NCBI GenBank assembly: GCA_051294375.1
Contig: CM119263.1
Coordinates: forward strand, 26,693,886-26,757,885
DNA length: 64,000 nucleotides
Reading direction: 5' to 3'
Source of the DNA: Paraspadella gotoi
Taxonomy: Eukaryota; Animalia; Chaetognatha
The position numbers were made by a program, and so were the translations under genes. Positions 12,323-25,006 of this stretch are shown piece by piece (the stretch's first letter is position 1; each line of letters begins with the position of its first letter). Under the pieces are notes generated by a model. It was given only the letters and a program-made list of their open reading frames with translations, had not been told where the DNA came from and did no database searches.

Positions 12323-14024
12323 AGGAGAGACACACTACCCTTCCACCTCCCCCTCACTCGACCCTTCCACGCCCGCCCACCGGCGAATCCCGATTCACGT
12401 CACGTTGTTTCGTGACGTCACGCGCCGCGGAGCCGTTCGACTTCGCCGCAGCGCGTCGTTAGTTTGCGTCTCGTCGCGGCGGCGGCGGCAGCGGGGGCGG
12501 CATCAGCGGCAGCGGCAGCGGCAGCGGCGCTGTTTTTTCTTTTATTTCCTCACAAGTTGTTTTTCCTTATGTTGCTTGGGAAAGTTATCACCGCTCCCGT
12601 TGCGATAGCTCTTGTGATATGCAACATTGGTATTCTGGGTTTAGCAATAAAGCAGCGGTAAACCACGTGAAATGTCCTGCGGCGGGGGGCAATGACCCGT
12701 CAATTGAACTTTTTTTACGGTGAGACACAACTTTTTTTTTTTATTCTTAATACTAACTGCGTCATGATTGCACAAACTCTCCTCAAGAAATTCCTTAAAA
12801 TTCCTTGAAAATTCTCAAAACTTTGTCACCGAGTTTTTTTTTTTCCTTTCCACTCTATGGAATTTCTTTCGTCTTCCTTCTCTGCAATGGCGCAGTCGAC
12901 TTCGGCGTTTTCTGGTGGCAGCGGCGACGGACGATTTTTTTTTGTCCTGCGGCGACTTAATATTTTTTTTTTTACTTCTCCTCAGGTCACGAAATCGAAG
13001 AGGATTTTCGGAGAATTATTTGTTGTTGTTATTGCAAAGGACCAGGAGGCGTAGGTAGTTGAAGAGAGAGAGAGAGAGAGAGGGTTGGGGATCGGGAAGG
13101 TAGAGTAGGGAGAGAGTAGGGGCTTTAGGGTAAGTTAAACGGTGGATGTGGTTGTGCATGTACTAAGTAAGGATCTGGAGCTGAACGGGGATTTGTGTGT
13201 TATGGGTTGATTGGAATTGTTTTTTTGTCGTTGGTTCGTTGGATTAGTTGAATTAGAGTTTCTTGGTCAACAAAGTAGTATTAATCTCCTCCTACTTTTT
13301 ATCTACGTACTCGTCCTCCTCCTCCTCCTCCTCCCTTTTTCTTCGTTCTTTGTTTCCCCAATTGTCCTGCGACAATTATCGTCACTTTGGGTAATAAATG
13401 AGACGGAAAAAAATGAGAAGAGAAAAGAAACGAAACCAAAGAGAGAAAAAAAAAAGAACAACGATAATAGAGAGAAAAGTCGAAAGAAAAAAAAATCGAA
13501 ACCTCCGAAGGCCTTCGAAGGCTGACGTTGTCAAAAAATAGTTTACATGTTTAGTTATAAACGAAAGATTAATGTTTAAAAATTGAAAGGGAGATGATTA
13601 CTAACGACATCTGCGATGAAAAGAAGAGAGAAAATCATCTGGACGAACGAAGCGATAATGAAGAAGGAAATCTGTCGAGTTTTCTTTTTTTTTTTTTTTT
13701 TTTTGAGTCTAAAGTAATTTAAACTTGAAAGATTTTAAATAAAGACGAATAAAAGAAAATAAAGAATGAGAACCAAAAAAAAAAGCACAATTGGAATAAT
13801 TCAAGTCGATGAAAATCCTAGAATTCTTATAAACAAATAAAAATAATCGGAATTTTTTAGAAAGAAAATAGTATGTCACTAAAAATATTTTCTCACGTTT
13901 TTCCCATAATAAATTAGATTCCGAGAATAAATGGTTGTAATTCTGGGGTAAAATCTACCTTCCCTCCACCCTTTCTTCTCTCTCTCTCTCTCTCTCTCTC
14001 GTCTCTCTCTCTCTCTCTCTCTCG

Positions 14025-14104
<80 letters not shown>

Positions 14105-15833
14105 TTTTTTTTTATGATGACAGCCTCATCGACGGAAGGTAGAGAATCTGCAAGTTTTCTCTTGATGCGTAACAAAAGACTTCTTGCACTTTTTTCCTCT
14201 GACGTCATGAGCAGCCTTCAAATCAACGTTATCTTCACTGTTTCTTGTTCTTAGTCATTCTAGTCGTCGTTGTCGTCGTCGTCGCATTCGTCGTCGTCTT
14301 TCAATTCTTTTCACCCTTGCCTCATCATCGTTCTTGAGACTTTTCCATTCTTCTTCTGTACTTCATTGCACCGAAAAGGGTTTTTTTTTCCTTCATTTTT
14401 TCCGTCTTTTTTCTTTTGCTCCTTTTAGGGCCTTTTTTTGCCTCTTTTGCTTTTTTTGCCTTTTTTATGACTCTGGCGCCACATTTGGTGGAATCGTTGA
14501 CGGCGCCAGTTTAATAGGAGCCGTTGGCGTCTGGAATTTTGGTGGAGCCTCAAGCGGAGTCACTTTTGATGGAGTGTTTTGGTTGTCAACTTTTGAAAGA
14601 GCTGTGTGAAAACCACTTTTAGTATTTACATGCACCAGTATTTGGCTCGTGGAACTTTTAATGGATATTTAGTACAAACGTATTTTTTTTGTTTGTTCAA
14701 AATCTCATGAATAATTTTTGTCAATGTTTCACTATTAGATTTTAAATCATTCATTGTCGACAGCCAAACGTATTATTACTAAAAACTCAACGAAACGTTA
14801 CTCTTTCGAAATATCTAACACATAATCTTACTATGTATTAACCTACAAACCCCGGATGAACCCGGATTATCAAAGAGGCTTTAGTCGCTTCCATCGTATT
14901 CTCTGTCGATCGTGCGTCGTCTCTTAGCAACGATCCACGCGTAGCGAATTCCATTTCCGGCCTTAATTACCTCGGCGCCGATTAAAATATTCATGAAGAG
15001 GAAATTGGAATCGAATTTTCTTCGTCGTTAACCTGGTTTCGGCGATAAGCGGCCGAGGAGAGATATAGAGAAGGGCTGGACCCGGATATAATAGAATAGT
15101 GGAGGTTAGAACCTGGATGTGAGAGGAAACCGACGGGCTAAAACTGGATGTAATAGGGTAGAAGCGATTAACGAGGAGTAGCAGTCGCAACCTGGGATAA
15201 AAAATTTAAACGAAAGACCCGAAGAAAGTTCCTTGATGAAATAGCTCAAACTATTATTGAAATCTCCGGAGAAAATGACGCTAAAAATATAATTAAAAAA
15301 GGAAAATCGATGACATCTCTCGAATGCAACGTTCTCCCTTTGGTTGATTTCGATTACGACGACGACGATAACGACGACGATAGCCGTGACGGAGACAGCG
15401 ACATCGATCGTGGCAGCGACCGTGGCAGCGACCGTGACAACGACAACTTCCCTTTTCTTTTTAGCCGCTTCTTTCTTTTTTTTCCACAACTTATCGCCCT
15501 CTTCCCCGTCCCACCCCCCCAGCCCCCCCAGCCCCCGCCCGCCTCCAAAAAAAACAAACAAAACAAACTCAAAAACACGAATTTAGAAAAGAAAGTGAAA
15601 AAGGTTGAAAGATTAAAAGGTCGAAAGGATAATCGTTTCAAGCTTCGTCAGTGTCAACGTTTCTCTTTGTTTTCTTTCTTATCTTTGTTTTCATGTTTTT
15701 TTGTTTATATTGTATGTTTATAACTTATGTTTTTTCACATCCTCGTCAAAAAAAAGTTATGGGGCAAACAACTGACTTCGTACTTGGCCAAATGGAAGCA
15801 CGTCACCAAACTCCGTGACCAGGGATCTCTCCT

Positions 15834-15927
<94 letters not shown>

Positions 15928-15931
15928 TCTG

Positions 15932-15964
<33 letters not shown>

Positions 15965-16251
15965 CCTCTCTCTCTGCTCTCTCTCACTCTCTGTCTACTC
16001 CGGCTCCCTTTTTCTCCTCCGGATGCCGATTTCCGGTCAGAATCCTCCAAGAAAATGAGATCTACGCCTTGGACTCTTTGTTGTGGTGATTCTCCGCGGG
16101 GGTTAAGGGGTGTATGGAGGGGAGAGAGGACCAGGGGGGTCTGGTGATTCATGATGGATGTGGAAAGGTGACAGAGGAGAAAGGAAACGATGAAGGTCAG
16201 GGTGGCTTTTCAGGAGGAGGAAGAAAAAAGATGACCACAAAGCCTTGAGAT

Positions 16252-16360
<109 letters not shown>

Positions 16361-17227
16361 CACCGTTTTTTTGTTTTCCCCATCATGTTGAGGAATGGAT
16401 TCCGTTTCACTCGATAAACTTATCCTCGCATCTTTCTCCTTCTCGCTCAATAAAATTATTATTTTTTATTAGCTTTCATTATTTTCTATTTCTTTACATA
16501 CATAAATACATACATACAATTTCTTTTCTCCCTCTCTCTCTCTCTCTATCTCATCGATCATTGGAACTTCTCCGCCAGGTTGCGTCAGTGAGATGAAGCA
16601 ATGAGACGAGAATTGGACGCCCGACTCCGCAGCCGACACCGACCGCCGACCGCCGATTGCGAGCTCGAAGCCATAAATATTGACAAGTCGTTCGGACGGA
16701 CGGAACTGAGTTTTAAGTTTATGGTCCAGCGGTGAAAAAAAGGAATTAATAATAATAATTAATAATAAGCCATTTGCTTTTGCCATTCGCTATCGGTCGA
16801 TTATTGATCGATTGTTGATCTACCTTAAAGACTGAGTAGCAAGTATTTTTGACAAGCAACGGTTTTATTCTGTTTATCTTCCCTTATACAATATACAATA
16901 TACAACCACCCGCGATTCCGTATATTGCATCTTTTTCCGCTTCCCCTCACGAAATCGCTGAGAAGTGAAATTTGCAAAGCCGAGCAGATGCCGACAGATG
17001 CCAACAGATGCGGACCAACTGAACGAAAACGCAACTCTCATTTTCGTCACGACTCGTAGAATCCGAGCGAATTCGAGTCTACTCTCGGAAATAAGGACAA
17101 GGAGATGGAGAGAAGAATGAAGGCATCAATAAATGAATGAAGGGATGAATAAATGAATGAATTTAGAAAGTATTGCAACGGATTCACCAATTATGGCAAC
17201 CGTGGTCTTCCTTGTAAAACCCGACAT

Positions 17228-17292
17228 AGTATACTATACTATACTATACTATACTATACTATACTATACTATACTATACTATACTATACTAT
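17228..17292 (+). repeat. (ATACT)n microsatellite
   Basis: About 12-13 pentamer copies, read directly. Confidence 0.95.
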
Positions 17293-17299
17293 GATTTGA

Positions 17300-17787
17300 G
17301 CTGTTGACTAACAGCGACCGCCTCATGTCACTGGCTTATTAAAAACCAGTCCTGTAAACGTTTTATCCTGAACCGGGATAATCAAGTTTCGAACCCAGAA
17401 CCCAAAGTTGAGGGAAGAAGATTTAGCTGAGGAGTGACAGCGGTGAGACGGCTTCTAATATATTACAACACTATTACTGAAAAAATGAATAAATGAAATA
17501 TTTAAAGAAAAAAAATATATCTGTTATGAGGTCCCATTGACGTATAGACACAATCAACGATAAACGAGAAAAACCTCACGCATCCAGATATAACCGTTTC
17601 ACCAGCNNNNNNNNNNNNNNNNNNNNNNNNNGCAGGCAGGAAAGAATCGGCCAACTCCGGCTAACATATCATCTCAATTTTACAGCAGGATCTGGCCTGG
17701 ATTTCTCTCTCTCTCTCTCGTCTCTCTTTCATTCTCTCATCTCATCTCTCGTTGCTCTCGTCTCTCTCGTCTCTCTCTTTCTCTCTT

Positions 17788-17837
<50 letters not shown>

Positions 17838-20800
17838 GCATCTTCAATCTTTTTCGGTCAAAAGAGTATTACAAAAAAATCTCATCATAAATGACCAAGC
17901 GGTGGGGTGGGAGCTTTTCCTAGGAAGAATCACAACCGCGATCGAAAGAAGCGATTCTAGCAGTGGGCTGGTGCATAGAAGGACAGAGAGAGAGCGAGAG
18001 AGAGAGAAGTGAAGCAGAGAGGAGAGAGAACGAGAGAGAGAGAGGAGAGAGAGAGCAGGAGAGCAGAGATAGAAGAAGAGACGTGAACGACATTATTGTG
18101 CAAAGGCTGAAGATGAGAAAAGCGAATTTTTCAATCCTGGCCGAAGTTGAGGCTGTGTTTACGAGGACAGTTCGTCACCAGACCAGTGCGGCCGGCCCCC
18201 AGTGGCAGAGAAGAGAGTGAGAGCAGAAAGAGAAAACAAAAGGCCGGGAGTGCAAGCAGACAAGCAGATAGAAGACAAAGTCCAAGGCGCGAATGGAGGA
18301 GAAATAGGAATAATATAGAAGTGGAAAAACCGATAAAAAAGAGTATACAAAAACTAAATTGCCAATCAACATGATAAAGGACCGCGACACCGCAGCCCAG
18401 ATGCCCATTAATTTCGATCTAGATTTTAAACATTTAACATTTAAATCATATCCCCTACGCTCTTTCCACAATTCTTTTCTCCTCCTTTTGACGGCTTTTT
18501 TTATAGGCTTAAAACCTTACGCCCTTTCCACTTACGGACCTCTCCTCATTCTCTTTCATCTTTACATCTACTCTCCGTTAGTCGCCCTCGTTTCGACGCC
18601 GACCACAACGTCTAAAACAACCCAAAACAAAAAACCAAGACACAGGACGACGTGTAACATGAGACGAAAACTATTTTGCGCTCGAAATTTAAAATATTAA
18701 AAGAAAGAGCAAAAAGAAAAAAATTCTTTTTTTTAGAAAAGAATGAAAAAAAAGGATATACGAAAGGAGAAGAATAAGATGAGAAAGTAAAGCCGTGACT
18801 GTAAAGGAAGGTGCGTGGAGGCTCAAGAAGTTTCTCTCTTCATTAAATTTAAGTCTTTTCCTTTTTTTTTTTTTTTTTTTCTCTTCCTTTTTTTGTTGTT
18901 TTATTTACTGTCTCTGATTCTCTTACAGTCTTTTGTCTGTTAATAGTATTTGGTCCTTCATTATATTTACACGTTCACCAGAATTGTTGTCACTCGCAAC
19001 TCTATATATTAAGAAAAAACTAGCCACCACGTTTATCTCATATATTTAATACTTTACGTCGCTCTCTTGGTTTTCATCTTTTGTTCTTCTCAACCTCTTT
19101 TTCTCCTGGATTTTACTCTAACCGATATATCGATTACTTACATCCCTTATTCTCCTTCGAGAGAGAGTTATAGAATAGGTGGGAAACATTAAATCTCCTA
19201 GGCAAAATTGTGCATGGACGCGTGGTGCTTGTTTCTCGGTCGGAGAGTGTGCCTGTGTGTCCGCGAAGTCGTGTGAAGTCTCGAGGTCTTGTGTCGGCGT
19301 TCTCCTGGGATGCTCTCCTTCCTTCCTTTCTTCCTTCGGTTCTTCTTTCCCCTAGCTTTTTTTAAAAAATGTTGTCAGGGTGAAAAGTAGTAGGTGAGAA
19401 TGCGACGAAGGGGGAACTCGCGGGTGCCTCGATATTATTTTTAGTATCATTTTTTAATATTTTCCCTTCTACATTTCTTTCTTTTTCCCTCTTTCTTTCC
19501 CTTTTTTTTCCCCGTCTCCTCATGGCATTTTCGATATTTTTTTTTTTCCATTATCCCCTCTCTTTATTTTAAAAAAAACCCCACGTTTATCTTCATATTT
19601 ATTTTATCCTTTTGTTTTCATTTTTTTCTCTCAACCTTTTTTTTCTTTTACCTCAACCGAAATCTTTCTTCATCCCTATTTCCCTTCGGGATTACGATAG
19701 GTGGAAACAAAATTCTAGGCAAAATTGTCTGGACGCGTGGCTGTTTCTCGGTCGGGGGTCCTGTGGTCCCGAAGTCTTGAAGTCTCGAGGTCTTGGGTTC
19801 GGCTCCTTCCTTCCTTCCTTCCTTCCTTCCTTTCTTCCTTCCTTCGTTCCTTCCTTCGTTCCTTCCTTTCTAGCTTTTTTAAAAAATGTTGTCAGGTGAA
19901 AAGTAGAGGTGAGAATCGACGAGAGGGGACGACCTCGATATTTTTAGTTACATTTTTATTTTCTCTACATTTCTTTCTTTTCTTTCTTTCTTTCTCTCAT
20001 GCATTTTCCTATTTTTTCCATTATCCTCTCTTTTTTCCCTCTCTTTTCCCCACTTCCCCACTTCCCCTCTTCCNNNNNNNNNNNNNNNNNNNNNNNNNAC
20101 GCCACAACCGAAGACGAAAAAAGATGACGAAACCGCGCCGTGAAGAGAGAAAACTTCAAAGCCACGGAGCGTTTGAAAAAATACGGAAAAGAGAGAGGAA
20201 AGGAGAAGAGCGAGATAAGCAGAGTATCACTGTGTAAATATTCTGAAGTCTCCAAAAAAGAAAAAAAAAAAAGAAAAAGAGAACAGAAGAGAACGCACAG
20301 AGGAAAGAAAAAAGAAGAAAAAAGAGAGAGAAGAAGGAAAGAGAGAAGAAGACGAAAAAAAAAAAAAGTAAGAAATACAACATAAATAAAAAAAATACTA
20401 AAAAAATAAAAATACAAATATAATGAAAATTATGAAAAAAAGCTAGAAAAAAAAATCACAAAAAAAAAAATTGGAAACTATGGGTACTCAAAAAACCACA
20501 GCGACGCGCACCTCAAGTCGTCACCAAAATGCAAACAAAAAAAAAAAAAAAAAACATATAATTCAAAAAAACACAACAAAAAAAAAAAAAAAAGAAGATA
20601 ACCTGCAGCCTAAACGCTATATATCCTGAACCACGGCAAGAAAATAAAAAAGAAATAAATCCAAATTATCGCACCCAAGAACCCAAAAGTTAATTAGGAC
20701 ATAGTGCGGGAAAAAAGCAAAGGGAAAAAAAAAAAAAAAAAATATAAATAAAGAAAAAAAAACATACAGAAAAAAAAAAAAAAAAAAAGGTAGACAACCG

Positions 20801-21233
20801 AAAAGTGACAGCAAAATGGTGAGACGCTATGTCTCAATACATATATAACTAACTATTCAAAAACTCATTGAACATGAAAAAATTATAGAAACATCAAAAA
20901 AATAAACATGAAAAAAAAAATATTTATAAAAATATAAAAATTCGTAAAACTATAATGCTGTTATGATCCGGGGTCGCAATTTGACGAGCCGCGATTATAC
21001 GACACAATCAACCGATAAGTGAGCAGGAGGGCGCAAAAAAAAGCCTTCAGCGCATCCAGATATAAACCGTTGCGTACAAACCACGAGAAGAATGCATAAG
21101 AGATAATTCCCGACCTATTTCTGTTCTAAACATATCATCGTTCGTTCCACGGTGCTTTACGCCAGCCAGGCATCTGCCGCCGATTCTCTCTCTCATCTCT
21201 CTTCTCTCTCTCTCTCTCTCTTTCTCTCCTCTC

Positions 21234-21287
<54 letters not shown>

Positions 21288-23380
21288 GTCTTCCTTCGAA
21301 TCTCTCTCGGTCATTCTCTTGCGCTCTCGCCATGCTTTCAATCTTTTTGTCACTGGTCAAAACAGTCGATACAAAAAAATCTCAATCTAAAATGCACAGA
21401 AGCGACAGGGCGCTGGGCGGCCGGAGCTTGTTCCACTAGAAAATCCACGCCGATTCGAAAGAAGTCCAAGGAGGCGCTTCATCCAAGCTACGCGGGCTGG
21501 AGGAGCAGGAGAGGATAGAGACGAAAGAGAAGAGGCAGCGGAGGGAGAAGAGAGAGAGAAGAGGATCGAAGAGGAAGAGAGAGACGAGAGAGAGAAGAGA
21601 GGAAGAGATAGAGAGAGGAGAAACGAGATAGAGAAGAAAGGAGCCAATCATATTGTGCCAAGGGAGGCTGACGAGAGGAGCAAAATAGATGCGCGAAGTT
21701 TATTCATCCATGCTGAGTGTGTACGCCTTGTTTACGAACGCTCGTCTAGCCAGAGGTGAGACGCTGCCGTCCCCAGTGGCGCAGCAGAGAGAGAGAGAAA
21801 GAAGAAAAAAAAGAAAACAAGGGAGATGCAAAGACAAGAGAAGCGATGAAGAAGTCAGAGGCGAGCGAGCAAATATGAAAAGTAAGAAAAGAGTGAAAAA
21901 CCGCCAAAAGAGTATATCAAAACTATAATGTCACCAAATTCATTTATAGCGCCCTCACCTTACAACCCCCCCCCCCCCCCCAACGCAAGATCCCATTAAA
22001 TTTACAGATAGATTTAAACATTTAACATTTAAATCATCCCCTTTTCCTCCCACCAATTTCTTTTCACTCTCCCTTTTGACCCTTTAGTATTAGCCATTAA
22101 AACTTCCTACACCCCTCTACCCCTCTTTCCCACTTACCCTTTCCTCCTCTCTCTTTCTTTTCACTTTCTAAACTCTCTCCGTCCTTGCGCCCCTCTTTCC
22201 GAACGCCGCTTTACGCCACTCAACATAAAACACAAAACAAAAACTGCAAGACGTGACATGCCAGACGGCAAATACTATTTTTCCTGCTGTTCGCCAAATT
22301 TAAATAAAAGAAGAACAAAAAGCAAAAATTTCTTTTTTTTAGAAAAGAATTTGAAAAAAGCCCGCAATAAAAAGGCAGAAAGAATAAAGAGAGAAAGTAA
22401 AAGCATTCCTCGAGCTGGCAGCCTGACCTAATAGCGAATAGGGTGGAGGCTTCAAAGGAAGTTGCTTCCTCCTCATTGGATGCATTAAGTCTTTCCTTTT
22501 TTTCCTCTTCCTTTTTTTACTTTACATTGTCCCTCTTCCTGATTCTCTTCAGTCTTTTTATGGCTCTGCTTAAACTATTGTCTCTTTCTCTTTTTCATTT
22601 TCACTATCTTTTGTCACCTCGCCCGTCCCGTTTAGTATACTGTAAAAAAAAAAACCCCAGCGCATTAGCAAAAGGATGCTCACCTTTGTATTTCTTTGCA
22701 CTATTATTTATCCTTTGTTCTTCATTTTTTTCACTCAACCTTTATTTTTCTTTCTACCCTCAACCGATAATCTTCTTCATCGCCTGATTTCCTGCTTCGG
22801 TAGGGGATTACGAAAGAATAACGTGATGGCCCAAAATGAACAAAATTCCTAGGCAAAATTGCTTTTTCTTTATACGCTTCGCTATGGGTTTCTCACTCGG
22901 TCTGGTGTCACCATAACGTAAACGGTCCCGGAGCCCAAAGATCTTCTAGAAAGTACTCGAGGTCTTTTTGCATTAACGGCTTCCTTCCCTTCCTTAATTA
23001 AAAATTCTCACACCTTCCCTGTTGCGACTTTATCTCCTCGTTCCTTCCTTCTCTGTTCCTTTCCACTTTCTACGCCCACTCTAATTAATTAAAAAATTTC
23101 TTGATACAAGTTTGTGCGAGAAGTAGCATGTCTGAGATCGATCGTTACCTAGACGCGCGGCACGACCTACAGCATAGACAGTACAAATTCGGAATTTCTA
23201 TTATACCATTTTTATATTTTCACGAGTCTACATTGTCATTATCTGTTTCAATTCTTTCCTTTACTCAAGTGCCAGATCCGTGAAAGATTTTTCTCCTCAA
23301 CATGTATCCCGTCTCTTTTTCACCTCTCTTTTCTCAAGCCGCCACTTCCCCACTTCCCTTTCCCACTTCTCCCCCCCCCG
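17300..23380 (+). repeat. Degenerate direct tandem duplication (~17.3-19.6 kb repeated at ~20.5-23.4 kb, plus a third cleaner copy of its 3' part at ~19.62-20.07 kb); likely an assembly artefact
   Basis: Collinear anchors: CGCATCCAGATATAA 17579/21051; TTTAAACATTTAACATTTAAATCAT 18425/22013; TTCTTTTTTTTAGAAAAGAAT 18724/22330; CTAGGCAAAATTG 19198/19715/22849. Differences are mostly indels. Gaps of exactly 25 N lie at 17607-17631 and 20074-20098. Confidence 0.85.
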
Positions 23381-24163
23381 TCTCCCACCAATCCAATTCT
23401 CAAATTGAACCCGAAATCAGAAATTTAAGATACTTTTTTCGAGGATGTGCTCAGTTGCGTTCACTGCTCTCTCTTTCTGGTCTGTCTTCTGATTCTCATC
23501 TCTCTCTCCTCGTCTCTCTCTTACGTCTCTCATCTTCTACTCTCCCTGATCTCTCTCTCATCTCTCTCTCTCTCTCTCTTCAACTAATCTTCACTGACTT
23601 TTCTTTTTCTTTGTGACGTTTCACTTCACGATCGCCGCCCAATTTCCTTTCAAATCTCCATTTACATTTACATTTAGATAACCTTCGCTCTCGCTATTTC
23701 CAAAGCGATAGAGGGCGTGGTTGTTCCGCGCGTTTTTTCTACACTTTTCGGAGTTGCTCTAGAGGCTCTAGTTCAAGGTGAACACCGTTTGTCGGAATTT
23801 TCTTTGCTTTTACGTACCAAGCGTTTTGCATTATTCTCTCCCTCCTGATCTTGATGCGTTAAAGTCAGTTGTTGACCCTACGGTTAAAGAAAATACGAAA
23901 ACTTGTTTTCCTCATTGTAACCATCATCGTCCTGGTCGTTATCGTTGACGTTCTCGTCGTTGTCGTTGTCGTCGTCGTTTTCGTCGTCGTCGTCGTCGTT
24001 TTCGTCGACGTTTCGTCTCGACGTTTTTTCATCAGACTTGGGAGTCGATGGAATATTTTATTCCATCAAATCCTGCAAAGCTTTTTCGAATTTACTATAA
24101 AGCTTTTTCACTTCTCTCTCATCTCTCTCTTCTCTCTCTCTCTCTCTCTCTCTCTCATCTCTG

Positions 24164-24209
<46 letters not shown>

Positions 24210-24933
24210 AATCTCTTGCACCGTGGCTACAATTGCTAACATCATTGGCTACATTTTACATCTATCGACGCCACAGGGACTTTGCGCTGACGCCCGTGGT
24301 GATTAATCCTGATCTACATCTAACGAAGTTTATTTAATTGTTCCCTCGGTTTTTGACGAAGAGATCTCAGTTTTGACGAGCTTAGATTTCGTTTCGGATC
24401 AAAAGTAAGAACCGTCGTTTTTCGTCGACCGTGAATCAATACCCCCATATTAATTGCGGCAGGTCGGCCGTAACTGGGTATCAAAGGATTGTCAGTTGCA
24501 GTTCTGTGTTTTGTCAGAACGGATGTTGAAAAACAAAGACCGTGTTTAGAAAAAATCGCGGAAGTTTTAATTAATGAATGAGCTGTCACTTGCGCAAAAA
24601 CTAAGGTTTAAAAATGAAAATAGCGTTTCTAAAGCAATAAATTTTGGACTTTTATTATACATTTATTATTAACTGCGAGCTTTTTTAAGGATTTTATCCA
24701 ATCACTTAATTAAATTGTAGTCTCCAATTAATATTCTGCCTTTTATCTATTGTCATTTAATGTATCGCTAACTTTTTTTTTTCTATTCTTTTATAAAGCG
24801 AATCCATCATTTAATTCTTTTTTCAATTGAACTGCAAAAATGGTTATTTTTACGTCCCACTTAAAGAACTTCATTAGTATTTTTTTTCATGCTCCCATAT
24901 TATAACCAATTTTGAAAAGCATTGACAACAGTA

Positions 24934-25006
<73 letters not shown>

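Noticed and set aside
15069-15122. RRAGPGYNRIVEVRT resembling an FN3 C-terminal GPG...VRT motif
   Set aside because: In-frame stops flank it on both sides, there is no suitable acceptor tract or donor, and it lies in a degenerate ACCYGGATRT repeat.
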